Source: Anneissia japonica (taxonomy: Eukaryota). Taken from it: DNA of 64,000 nt. The stretch is taken from NCBI RefSeq assembly GCF_011630105.1, contig NW_022727368.1, positions 169,157-233,156 of the forward strand. Reading direction: 5' to 3'. The notes under the pieces were generated by a model. The model was not told the DNA's origin, searched no databases, and saw only the letters and a list, made by a program, of their open reading frames with translations. Positions 49,447 through 60,357 of the stretch are shown piece by piece. Every line of letters begins with the position of its first letter. Position 1 is the first letter of the stretch. Both the position numbers and the translations under genes were made by a program.

Positions 49447-50369
49447 GTTTGTCTCATCTGTTTAAATTCCTTTGACCAGCATTTTGTTAGTACATACTCT
49501 CAGGGGAATGTTAGGCCAGTGGTGACACCATTGGGTTGGGAGGGGGTGGGAGCTCTTCTGCAATTTAATGGTGGCATTCCCATTTTAATTTCTATAGCTT
49601 CTTTTATTTTCCTTTTGAATGAATGAGTCTCTTCAGTTAGTGCTTTTATTTTATTCCAATTAATTGTCCAGTGATTTTACAATGTTCTGCTACCGCTGAA
49701 TGTATTTTAACACGTTGATTTAAATGTTCCTTGACACGTGTGTCTAATGATCTTGCGGTTTCTCTGATGTACGATTTTCCACACGTATCACACCAATAGT
49801 TGGCATGCACTTTTTTATCAAGTATAAGTAGGGTTGGAAATTTGCAACATACAGTATTTTTTGGCGATTCCTTTCCGGTTTGTTGTGGGAATTGGCGCGA
49901 AAAATGGTGTTTGTATAAGAGTTATTATTAAAGTGGGTGGGGTGGTGGTTGGAAATTATGAACATATTTTGGGAGATTTATTTTATAGAAAGGATTTTGC
50001 GGTGGGTGGTTATTGTTCTTACTACTCTTCTATACTTCTTATCCTCCTCCTTCTTTCGAATAATGCCAAAATTTTTAACCCATTTAGGCAACCGGCCTAT
50101 AGACCATCTATGGACTAAAGAGAGATTTGTTGTTAATAAACTTAAATAAGTGTATTAAATGACTATATTTAAACAAAGGCTAGTGGAAGAGCATTTCGAA
50201 TCTATGAACAAGGGTCAAAATATGAACATAGGGTCAAAAAGCATTTCGCAAACACAACCAAGCCAAAATCTACGGGTAATTTTTTTTTTTTTTTTTTTTA
50301 AATGCTGACCAACTAACCCCAATATAAGTTAATGTGTTATGTTAATTATCAATTCCTCATCATTTTTAG

Positions 50370-50420
50370 GCCGTGGGAAATCATCTGGACAACTAGAAAT
50401 TTACTATGAAGCGAAGATGC
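50370..50420 (+). CDS. PARP4: Array mini-exon (RGKSSGQLEIYYEAKM), phase 1/1.
   Basis: Acceptor atttttag| and donor ATGC|gtaagt. Paralogous in position to the 51430 unit. Confidence 0.3.
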
Positions 50421-50928
50421 GTAAGTATCACTCATCAATTCATAATTAATTAATCATAATTATTAATTATTTGTACAATGCTATTTCAAGTGTTCTTCCA
50501 TTATTTTCTTGTAAAAATTAAATAATATCAAGCAAAATTTATAATAATAATTAATAGTATATTAAAGCTTAAGGATCATTAGTTTAGAATAAATAATAAC
50601 TTCATGGATGAATTTAAACTAATTCCTCCATGATTGTATATTGCACCAGTGGCAGTGAACTTGAACCAGTGATGGTATCAAATGACATAGATTTCTATAG
50701 GACATTGGATTGTTTATTTGTGCTAAACAATGGAGTACATTTAATTTCATTGGTATAAAGTTAGCAGGAAATATTCAGATTGGTTGTTTAAAGTAATGTA
50801 TTGGGGTTTCCTTTTTGGGGTGTTGGGTGGGGTGAAAGATCGTGTTTGTTTAAGAGAAAAAATGAAACATATTTTTGGAGACATATAGAAATAGATTTGC
50901 AGTAAACAGACATATGCTCTGATTGCTC

Positions 50929-50934
<6 letters not shown>

Positions 50935-50996
<62 letters not shown>

Positions 50997-51065
50997 AGTA
51001 TTATTATTATCATTATTTTATTATTATTGTTATTATTTTTATTATTGTTCTTATTATTCTTATTC
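50935..51065. repeat. (ATT)n microsatellite, about 40 units.
   Basis: Direct inspection. Explains the poly-Ile ORF 50747..51013. Confidence 0.9.
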
Positions 51066-51429
51066 CTCTTTAAAATTCTTCTTATTTTATTGAATCGGAC
51101 ATTGCTCGACTTTTTAACACATTTTAGGCCACCAGCCCATAGAGTAACCTTAGACAGAACAGAGATTTGTTCTCAATCTAGTAGCAACATTGAGAAACTT
51201 AAATACATTTATTAAATGATTATATCTAAACAAAGGCATGTGGAAATGCATTTAGAATCTGTTAACCTAGGGTCAAAATTATATTTTCCATTGCCCAAAC
51301 ACAAAACCAAACCAAATTCTAGGGTATTCTTTTTCCTCTTTTTTTTTTTATTTTATAAGAAATGCTGACCAACTGACCCTGATATAAGTTACTGTGTTAT
51401 GTTATTTATCAATTTTTTTTTATTTGTAG

Positions 51430-51486
51430 CTCGTGAGAGATCTTCTAAAACAAAAGTAAATCTCCGTTCTTTAGAATTGGAATGTA
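51430..51486 (+). CDS. PARP4: Array mini-exon (RERSSKTKVNLRSLELEC), phase 1/1.
   Basis: Acceptor tatttgtag| and donor TGTA|gtaagt. The flanking intron sequence is paralogous to the 50370 unit. Confidence 0.3.
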
Positions 51487-52252
51487 GTAAGTACAGTGTC
51501 ACTCTTACCAAATCATAATTAATTAACCATAATTGTTAATTACTTGTACAATGCTACTTCCTGTCTGCTTTCATTATTTTCTTGTAAAAACTTAATAATA
51601 TCTAGCAAAATTTATAATTAATAAATAAATAATAATAAATTAAATATTAAAGATATAATAAGAATTATTGATTAAAGAGAGGATAATCTTGGCAGCATCA
51701 GTCTCAGAAGTGAAAGTTCAAAGATGAAGAGAGTTCCATAATTTTGAAAACTTACTTTAGCAATTTGAAGTTTAGTAGGTGAAAAAGTGAAAACCTACTT
51801 AAATGGCAATTTGAATACAAGAATCTAAGTTAAGTTAAAAGTTCAATGACAATTTGAATACAAGAATCTATGTTAAGTTAAATGGCAATTTGAATACAAG
51901 AATCTAAGTTTTAAAGTGTATTTAGAGTTTCATAATTTTTGCAATTTTAATATATAATCTATGGTAGGTGGATGGGCATTCCATAATTAAACATATTTAA
52001 AACACATCCTTATATCAACCGGGCCATTCATGCGACGTGCCCTATTAGTGGTAATGGCAGTAATGTACAGTCCTTTTTGAAACCCTTGTTTTTTTTTTGT
52101 AGGTGTAGGGGATCCCTGGGGACCAACTTAAAAAAGGCAATGAACGTTATTAACAACAAAAACAAGAAAAGGAGTTAGGTGCTTTTTTATAGTAGTAGCT
52201 TTTACTGGGACTAAACCTAATTGTCAGAATGACCGTAGTATCATGACCATTG

Positions 52253-54685
52253 TTCCCAAAACGGAACACCCCTTCGAAAAAAAATGGAACAGTCCGACCC
52301 AAGGCGCCACGTGCGAACCGTCTCCCTAACAAACGTCCTCATTCCCTTTTTGACGTTGTTCGAAGTCGGATACATTCTAGCCTTTGAAAATTACTAGCAG
52401 ACTTTTCAAGCAATTCTGTTCTCCTTGGATTTATTTTTGCTTTGGATTTATTTTTGCCTTGGATTTATTTTCAACTTGTGGTTGACAAGATATCCTTTTT
52501 ATTGTAGTCTCGTACGTATCAGTTCAAAGTTCTTCCCTTCGGTCTATCCACAGCTCCTCGGGTGTTTACACGGGTGGTAAAATCCCTAGGTGCAGTGTTC
52601 CATGCGAGAGGGATACGTATTTTCATGTACCTAGACGACTGGCTCGTGTTCGCAAATTCCCGAGCAACTCTGTTGCATCATCTCAGCATTGTCTTAGACA
52701 TGACGGAAACAGTAGGGTTCATTATCAACCGGGAGAAATCGGTTTTGGTTCCCACGCAACTTCCGCTGTATCTGGGGGCGCACATCGATCTTGTTAGTTC
52801 AGTGGCGTTCCCCTCCACGAGTCGGATCCGCAAGTGCCAGCTAGCAATCACTCAGCTTCTTTCCCTTCCGGATTCCCCAGCCGAGTCGTGGCTGCGGATG
52901 TTGGGGTTTCTCGCGAGCCTGGTAGACCTAGTTCCTTATTGCCAGCTTCATATGCGCCCTCTTCTACTGCATCTGCTCGCGTTTTTCTCTCCAGCATCTC
53001 GGGACTTGTCAGCTCAGATTCCCTTGAATGCATTTGTCGCCAGGCACCTCCGGTGGTGGCTTCAGGGGAACGTGCTTCAGGGTTCCCCGACCCTCTCCCC
53101 GTCTTTCGCTCACGGAACGCGTCGTGGGGGACTGGTCGCTGGAAGAATCCACCAGTCACATAAACGTTCTGGAGCTTTTAGCAGTTCGTCGGTCTCTGGA
53201 GGCCTTCGTCGATCGGGCAAAGGGGAAAGCTATGCTAGTTCATTCCGAAAGTTCAACCGTGGTCTCCTACATCAACCATCAGGGCGGCACGCATTCACTA
53301 ACGCTATGCTTCCATACATGGCAGCTCCTGCTTTGGTGTCTCAGCCATCGCATTCATCTTCGAGCAGCTCACATTCCCGGCCGACTGAATGTCCTCGCTG
53401 ATGTGCTGTCTCGACGTCAGTTACCTCCACTCCGTCCGACGGAGTGGAGGCTGTGTCCGGTCGTGGCCCAGCATATTTTCAACACGTTTGGGCGTCCCAA
53501 CCTAGATCTGTTTGCGACGAGCTCGAACACTCAGCTTCCGACGTTTTGCTCCCGGTTTCCGGAACCAACAGCGTGGGCAGTGGATGCCCTGTCCATCTCA
53601 TGGGACGGGTTTTGGGCTTCGGGTTCCCGCCCTTATCGCTTCTTCCGAGGGTGATGGCGCACATCCGTCGCCCCCCATTGCAAGGTTCTCCTGATAGCGC
53701 CATGGTGGGCCCGCCAGGGTTGGTTCCCACTTCTGCTGAGTCTTCTCTTCGAGCATCCCTGTGTGTTGCCGGTTCATCCGGACCTTCTTCAACAGGCCCG
53801 GTCGTGGGTCGGCCTGAACCATTTAACATCGCTGAACTTGACTGTTTGGCCCTTATCCGGGATAATCTCCAAGGTTCAGGCATTCCAGATGGCCCTGCCG
53901 CCATCTACAACAGTCGCCTTAAGCACTTCCTCCTGTGGTGTACCGATCACGAAGTGGATCCTATGTCAGCCTCTCTGGGTCAGGTGTGTCTCTTTTTGCA
54001 TTATCTGTTTGAGTCGGGTCTCAGATTCGCATTTGTTTGTGTCTTCAGTTCGGCCCCACGGGCCTGCTTCTGTTGATACCATTGCTCGCTGGGTGGTTTC
54101 GGCCATCCAAGCTGCTATGCGTCGGCTCGCAAGCCGCCGCCTGCCCACATGCATGAGGTTCGCGGCACGGCGGCTTCTTGGGCTCTCTTTTACGGGGTCC
54201 CCCCTCGCCGACATTCTGGCAGCGGCATGGTGGAGATCGGAGACTACATTTTCATCTTGCTACTTGTGGGATGTCTTGTCGACCCAGGCGTCAGTAGCGG
54301 CTGCTGTGTTGAAGCCGTCTCTGTAGGTAAGTCTTCTGGTTTCTGATCACGCCCGCCTCCTCTTTACGCTGCTAATCTGGCAATTAGTCGGTTATCCAGG
54401 TAAGTATTCACAAAGTAGACTACACAAATCAATCGTGATGTTGGTAGTCTATGAGTGAGATACTTACCTGGATAACCTTCCCTCCCTTCCTACCCTCGCC
54501 GTGATCGTGTCGATCTTTAGGGAATGAGGACGTTTGTTAGGGAGACGGTTCGCACGTGGCGCCTTGGGTAGGACTGTTCCATTTTTTTTTTCGAAGGGGT
54601 GTTCCGTTTTGGGAACAATGGCAATTAGTCGGTTATCCAGGTAAGTATCTCACTCATAGACTACCAACATCACGATTGATTTGTG
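52253..54685 (+). mobile_element. Truncated, frameshifted DIRS-like tyrosine-recombinase retroelement. RT (YLDDW), RNase H (HINVLELLAV), the AFPPF…APWWPRQGWFP region and a YR domain (HEVRGTAASWA … AGRWRSETTF … Y).
   Basis: Inverted terminal repeats 52253-52355 and 54521-54623 are reverse complements of about 103 bp. An internal complementary hairpin lies at 54371-54490. ORFs 52562..54326 sit in three frames. Confidence 0.7.
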
Positions 54686-55216
54686 TAATTTGATGCATGC
54701 TACATTGTTTAATGGAGGAATAAGTTTAGAATGAAATTAAATTCATGGAAGAATTTAAACTGATTCCTCCATGATTGTATATTGCACTTGTCTTGGTGGA
54801 GATTAACCAGTGATGGTATCAAATGACAGATTTCTATAGGACAATGTATTGTTTACTTGTGCTAAAGAATGGAGTGCAGTCATTTCATTAATGTAAAATT
54901 AGCAGAAAATATTGTGATTTAATGGTTAAAGGAATATATTGCTAACATAGCTGACATTCTGTTAAATAGATGTGCAGGATAATGCACCTCTAAATGATAG
55001 GAAGCTTTTGATTTGTGCAACAACGCGACACTAAAACTGATTCACTCATGCATGACCGCCCTGTATTCTTTGCACAACATATATTTGGCCAAATTGCTTC
55101 CTGGAATTCACGCAACCCTGTGAACTCAACGTTCTCGCATTCCCAAATGACTTCATGAGGACAGCTCGCTTAACATCCAGATGCTACATCTTTTATCAAT
55201 TCTTTATCTTTTTTAG

Positions 55217-55264
55217 CTTCTAGGAAAAGTAGAATTAGTTTTGGCCGTCTTTCATTTATAAATG
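55217..55264 (+). CDS. PARP4: Array mini-exon (SRKSRISFGRLSFIN), phase 1/1.
   Basis: Acceptor cttttttag| and donor AATG|gtaagt. Downstream flank is paralogous to the 50420 and 51486 flanks. Confidence 0.3.
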
Positions 55265-56189
55265 GTAAGTATCATTCTTATCAATGCATAATTAATTAAT
55301 CATAATTATCAATTACCTGTGCAATGTTTCTTCAGGTCTTTTTTCATTCTTTTTCTTGTAAATATTTCTTGAAATCCACATATCCTGGAATTTACACATC
55401 CGAAAATGCTTATCAGGTCAACAAGGACACAAGTTCACATCCACACCTGTCCACTACTATATCGTATTGCACGTAAACACATTGGTAGTTGTCATCAGAA
55501 TGCTAACTCCCATCTTTGAATAGAGTTTTTCTTATTGAGGTTTCTCGAAAGTGTCCCCTTGATTAGGAGTTCCACTGCATATCGAAGTACTGTAGTGTCT
55601 CGTAACAAAAATATGTTACTATTTGATAAGCATACTTATTAAAAAAAATAATTATCTAAAGTAGCTTTTCAAAGATTTGTTGATTTCCATCATTTTCATC
55701 TGACTGTTAATTATGACAGTGGTTGCTAGCACCTTTCTCATGTTTTGATTCGATAATGCCCACTATTTTAGCTAGTAGGCACTAAAGGGTAAATGCCCGT
55801 CAATAGTAGGTCTAGACAAATAAGGAGCACAGGATGCGAATGAGTAACACAACACCGTAAAGTTTCTAAAATTACAAGACCAAAACAATTCAACAAACAT
55901 CTGTCTGACTAAGATTATAGTATGCTGCCGGCGCAAATTACTAACAATAGCTAATATGTTATCAAGTTATTTTATTTAAGAAATGTTTTTTTTTTCGATG
56001 TTTTCATAGGAATCTTCTGATTTTTACAGTATATAATTTTAACACTTAAGCTTTTCTGTATAATTTTTTTGAGATGAGACCCAGATGCAATCCAACTACA
56101 CTCAACAATTCACTCACGACCCAAACTTGGGTTGCCGATGGGTTGCCGATGTTAGATCTAGAGGTGCTATGTACATAAAATTGTGTACC

Positions 56190-56300
56190 TAACCCCAGCC
56201 ATGGTGGGGCTCATGTAGTGTAGAACCTTCATTTGTCATAGTTCTTCCCTGCACCCCCTCTATTTCAAATTCCTGGATTTTCCATTGTTCCCCAAGTTCA
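56190..56300. repeat. Dispersed short repeat family with core CCATGGTTGGGGCTGAGG … CTCTATTTCAAATTCCTGGAT. At least 10 copies (5285-5400, 19330-19480, 20395-20530, 30940-31090, 36700-36830, 56520-56650, 56810-56950, 57175-57300, 58085-58220, 61030-61450).
   Basis: Recurrent conserved blocks in both orientations. One copy accompanies each mini-exon unit at 56-58 kb. Confidence 0.5.
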
Positions 56301-56373
56301 GTACAATAATGAATGCAGAACTTGAGACCGGTGATGTTTAATTTATTTTTATTATTGTATTAATTAGATTCAG

Positions 56374-56421
56374 CTCTCTCACGTCCATTGTCTGACCTTA
56401 GTATGAAGGATGAAGAAAATG
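56374..56421 (+). CDS. PARP4: Array mini-exon (LSRPLSDLSMKDEEN), phase 1/1.
   Basis: Acceptor ttagattcag| and donor AATG|gtaagt. First of four 48-nt paralogues. Confidence 0.35.
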
Positions 56422-57016
56422 GTAAGTATAAATAAAAGTGACTTGTACAGTATTATTGTGATCAGATATTCTTATTACTGGACAGCAGACAAAAACTAAA
56501 GTCTTATAGTGCCATGTCTGGTCATCTAGAGGTGCTATAATCATAAATTGTTGGGGCTGAAGTGATCTAGACCCCCCCCCCATCTGTGAAAGTCCCTTCC
56601 TGGACCACTCTATTTGGAATTCCTTGATCCGCCAATGACACCCGTGGTCCATATGTTCACTAGTCTTTATATGATTCATTGGTCAATGATCAATGTTATT
56701 TTTTTTTTAAATATTCTCTATTGTATCTGTAGATGCTTTTCTGTACTTTTCACTCACGACCCAAACCTGGGTCACTACCCATGGGTTGCCGATGTTAGAT
56801 CTAGAGGTGCTATGTACATAAAATTGTGTACCTAACCCCAGCCATGGTGGGGCTCATGTAGTGTAGAACCTTCATTTGTCAAAGTTCTTCCCTGCGCCCC
56901 CTCTATTTCAAATTCCTGGATTTGCCATTGTTCCCCAAGTTCAGTACAATAATGAATGCAGCACTTGAGACCGGTGATGTTTAATTTATTTTTATTATTG
57001 TATTAATTAGATTCAG

Positions 57017-57064
57017 ATATCTTACCTCCAATGCATATGCTTAGTATGAAGGATGGAGAAAGTG
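57017..57064 (+). CDS. PARP4: Array mini-exon (ILPPMHMLSMKDGES), phase 1/1.
   Basis: Identical splice context (attagattcag| … |gtaagtataaataaaagtg) to the 56374 unit. Confidence 0.35.
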
Positions 57065-57381
57065 GTAAGTATAAATAAAAGTGACTTCTATTATTGTGAT
57101 CTGATATTCTTCTTACTAGACATCACACAAAAACCACCCAAAAAAAGTCTTAGAAATGCCATGTCTGGTCATCTAGAGGTGCTATAATCATTAATTGTTG
57201 GGGCTGAAGTGATCTAGACCCCCCCCCATCTGTGAAAGTCCCTCCCTGGACCACTCTATTTTGAATTCCTAGATCCGCCAATGACACCTGTGGTATCATT
57301 GACTAGTCTTTATATGATTCGTAGGTCAATGATCAGTGTCAATGATCAATTTTTTTTTATTATTGTATTAATTAGATTCAG

Positions 57382-57429
57382 CTATGGCACAACCAACCCG
57401 AATGCGTAGTTTTGAGGAAGAAGACAATG
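57382..57429 (+). CDS. PARP4: Array mini-exon (MAQPTRMRSFEEEDN), phase 1/1.
   Basis: Same unit structure as the other 48-nt paralogues. RMRSF followed by an acidic tail. Confidence 0.35.
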
Positions 57430-57568
57430 GTAAGTAAAAATAAAAGTGGTTTGTATTATTGTGATCAGATTTTATTCTTATTGGAAATCAGACAAAAACC
57501 ACTAAGGATGATTTGTAGGTCAATGATAAGTGCTATTTTTTTTTTAATGTTCTCTATTGTATCTGTAG

Positions 57569-57613
57569 ATGCTGATGAGCCGAATCATAGTGCCTTTTTC
57601 TGGAGAGCCAGAG
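57569..57613 (+). CDS. PARP4: Array mini-exon (ADEPNHSAFFWRAR), phase 1/1.
   Basis: Acceptor atctgtag| and donor AGAG|gtttgt. A paralogous copy at 56737 is disrupted by a SINE. Confidence 0.3.
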
Positions 57614-58276
57614 GTTTGTAACTGCTTTTGTTTTCTTGTAAATATTTTATCAAAATAAATTACTCTTTTATTAGTACTGTACTTCATTTTTACATTTACG
57701 TGCATACAAGTCGATAAGGAATTTGTATACAGAGAAACTGTGAAAATATTGCACTTTCAAGTTTCTAAAACTACAAGACCAAAACAATTCAACAAACGTC
57801 TGTCTGACTGAGATTATTGTATACTGCTGGCACAAATTAAAGACAATAGCCAATATGTTATCAAATTATTTTATTTTTAAGAAATGTTTTGTTTCGATGT
57901 TTTCACAGGAATCTTCTGGTTTTTACATTAATTTTAACACTTATGCTTTTCTGTATAATTTTTTGAGATGAGACCCAAATGCGATCCAACGACACTCAAA
58001 AATTCACTCACGACCCAAACTTGGGTCACTACCCATGGGTTGCCGACCGTAGATCTAGAGGTGCTATAAACATAAATTGTGTACTAACCCTAGCCATGGT
58101 GATGCTCATCAGGTAGTGCTAAGAACCTTCATTTGTCAAAGTCCCACCCTCCCCCTCTATTTCAAATTCCTGGATTTGCCACTGTTCCCCTATTTTCATT
58201 ACAATAATGAATACAGAACTTATTTGGGACCTGTCATGTTTAATTTTTTTTTTATTATTGTATTAATTAGATTCAG

Positions 58277-58324
58277 CTAGGGCACGACCAACACGAATGC
58301 GTAGTTTTGGGAAAGAAGAAAACA
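58277..58324 (+). CDS. PARP4: Array mini-exon (RARPTRMRSFGKEEN), phase 1/1.
   Basis: Same unit as the 57382 exon, at 78 percent nucleotide identity. Confidence 0.35.
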
Positions 58325-59825
58325 GTAAGTAAAAATAAAAGTGGTTTGTATTATTGTGATCAGATATTATTCTAATTGGAAATCAGACAAAAACCACCAA
58401 GGACAATAACCACCAGACAAACACCAACCAAAACTGATTATACCATTGTTAAAGCGGGGTGGACAGTTGGGTAGACTTGTATATATCTAGCTATACAATA
58501 GGATAGTTTACATTCTGACTTCCTATTATACACTTATAGAAAAATACTTGCTTCCTAGCCTAGCCTACCATCCCACTAGGTACCCATTTATACTTAATTA
58601 TTATACAAATTATTGATCGCACAGAACTCCTCAGATGTTATTTTCGGGCATATAGAATACAAAATTTTCCTGGGGTAGTGTTGTCTCTCGATCGCACCCC
58701 CTCTGGCCTTTCGAACATCTATGGATCTGCTCCTGATAGGGAGCTGTCGATTTGCACAAGGACGCAACTCTTGAACAGATTCAGCCACTGCACTACATAG
58801 ATTTGGTCAAATTGCATTCTAGAATCCACACGACCAGGAGAGCTTAACATTTTCGCATGCACAGATGACTTTTCAGTGACGTCCTTACATTCCACATCCC
58901 ACCACGTTATGGTGCTAACGTCCCAGACCTATTAAAAACTGATCAATAAATCAAAGACTTTCTAGAATGGATTGTCATGTTCCAAGGAAGGAATGATTAA
59001 ATTTTGTTAACGATTTGGAGTAGGTGTGGATATGAGGGCTATATAAAGGGAACTTCCCAGGCCAGATGTTTTAAAAATAATAAATGTGGTAAAGACAAGC
59101 CAAACCAGTCACACATCGCAAATTGTGTTTCAGAGAAAATAGCAAAAACATACTAGAATGTAAAATTTTTTTTAATCTATTTTATTTCACTAAACTGAGG
59201 TTTATGTACAGTATGTATACATCATGCTGTGCTGATATTTTTCCCAATTTCTATGTTAAAACAACACTTTTAAAAGATTTTATGATTGTTTCTGCATGAG
59301 AAATGCCTGAAATCATAAACTTTGAAGGCTGATTTCTCATATATTGTTCTTTAAACAGCTGTATGCTTAAATGCTTGTAACTTCATAAGTAAATGTTGGA
59401 TTTGAATGATTTTTTTACCATTTCATAGCTCTTATTTTACTCTTTAACCCTGTATTAATAACAACGAGTGACTGGTTTGGCTTGTCTTTGCCAATGCATC
59501 TGAAAACCTTTCTGGATTTTTTCATCATGGCTAAAGAAAATAGTATGCATTAGGGTGTGTATGTGGAAACCCTTAAAATTGAACGTCCCAGACCTAAATA
59601 TCTCAAAGACTGATCAATGAATCAACTGAATGAAACTTTCTAAAATGGTCTGTCATGGTTGATCTAAGGAACAATGATCAAAGGCTCCCAGTAGCTACCA
59701 GATCGCACATAACTAATAATGCATTCATATGAGCCAGTTGGTTATGTTCACTTTGTAAGCAAAAGCTCTCAGTTTCAATGGAGATTGAGAATGTTTTTCA
59801 TTCTTTAAATTTTTTTTTTCCCAAA

Positions 59826-59995
59826 AGGAAAACATGAATTGCTAATTAATACAGGAATGAAAGGTACGTCCTTTCCTCGACCACTACTAAAACAACAAAT
59901 GCAAAGTGCCAGCATTCCACCACCGCCACCGCCTCCGCCTGGACAAAGTTATGCATTTCCATCAGCAGACGTGCCAGCCTACGATATTTCAGGTA
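59826..59995 (+). CDS. PARP4: Pro-rich C-terminal-region exon(s). Either micro-exon KHELLINTGMK (donor AAAG|gtacgt at 59866), or read-through TSFPRPLLKQQMQSASIPPPPPPPPGQSYAFPSADVPAYDIS (donor TCAG|gtatga at 59995).
   Basis: Acceptor cccaaaag|. Open frame matching ORF 59839..60174. Two competing donors. Pro-rich, like the human PARP4 C-terminal region. Confidence 0.3.
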
Positions 59996-60261
59996 TGATT
60001 TACTGTACGTGCATTTACTGTGGCGTGCATTTTGATACTTGTAGTATGTATTATACTATCTTATCTGAGATTAATCAGTGGACCTTTCAGACTTGGTTCT
60101 ATCAACCAAACGCCAACTCCCCTTCCTCACCGCTTGACCACTTGACACAGATGTATTGGGGCCTGAACCCTTGATTCAAGCCCTAGTCAAACATCTAGGA
60201 ACCATGTAATATGAAATTGCCATATTTATTTTATTCTAATTATTGTATTTATTTGGTTTAA

Positions 60262-60357
60262 GGACCAGACCTGGCACTGCAACAGACTCGAAAGCTAGCA
60301 CCACCACCTGCTTCATCTACACCTTTAACACAATATAGATCAGCATCTCCTAATTGT
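60262..60357 (+). CDS. PARP4: Exon (PDLALQQTRKLAPPPASSTPLTQYRSASPN), phase 1/1.
   Basis: Acceptor ggtttaag| and donor AATT|gtaagt. Pro/Ser-rich. Confidence 0.3.

Noticed and set aside
52562-54326. Long overlapping ORFs (279, 208, 210 and 187 aa) as host protein-coding genes
   Set aside because: They are frameshifted pieces of a single retroelement polyprotein (RT, RNase H, YR) bounded by inverted terminal repeats. The minus-strand ORFs 52848..53159, 53479..53904 and 53966..54214 are GC-rich antisense read-throughs.
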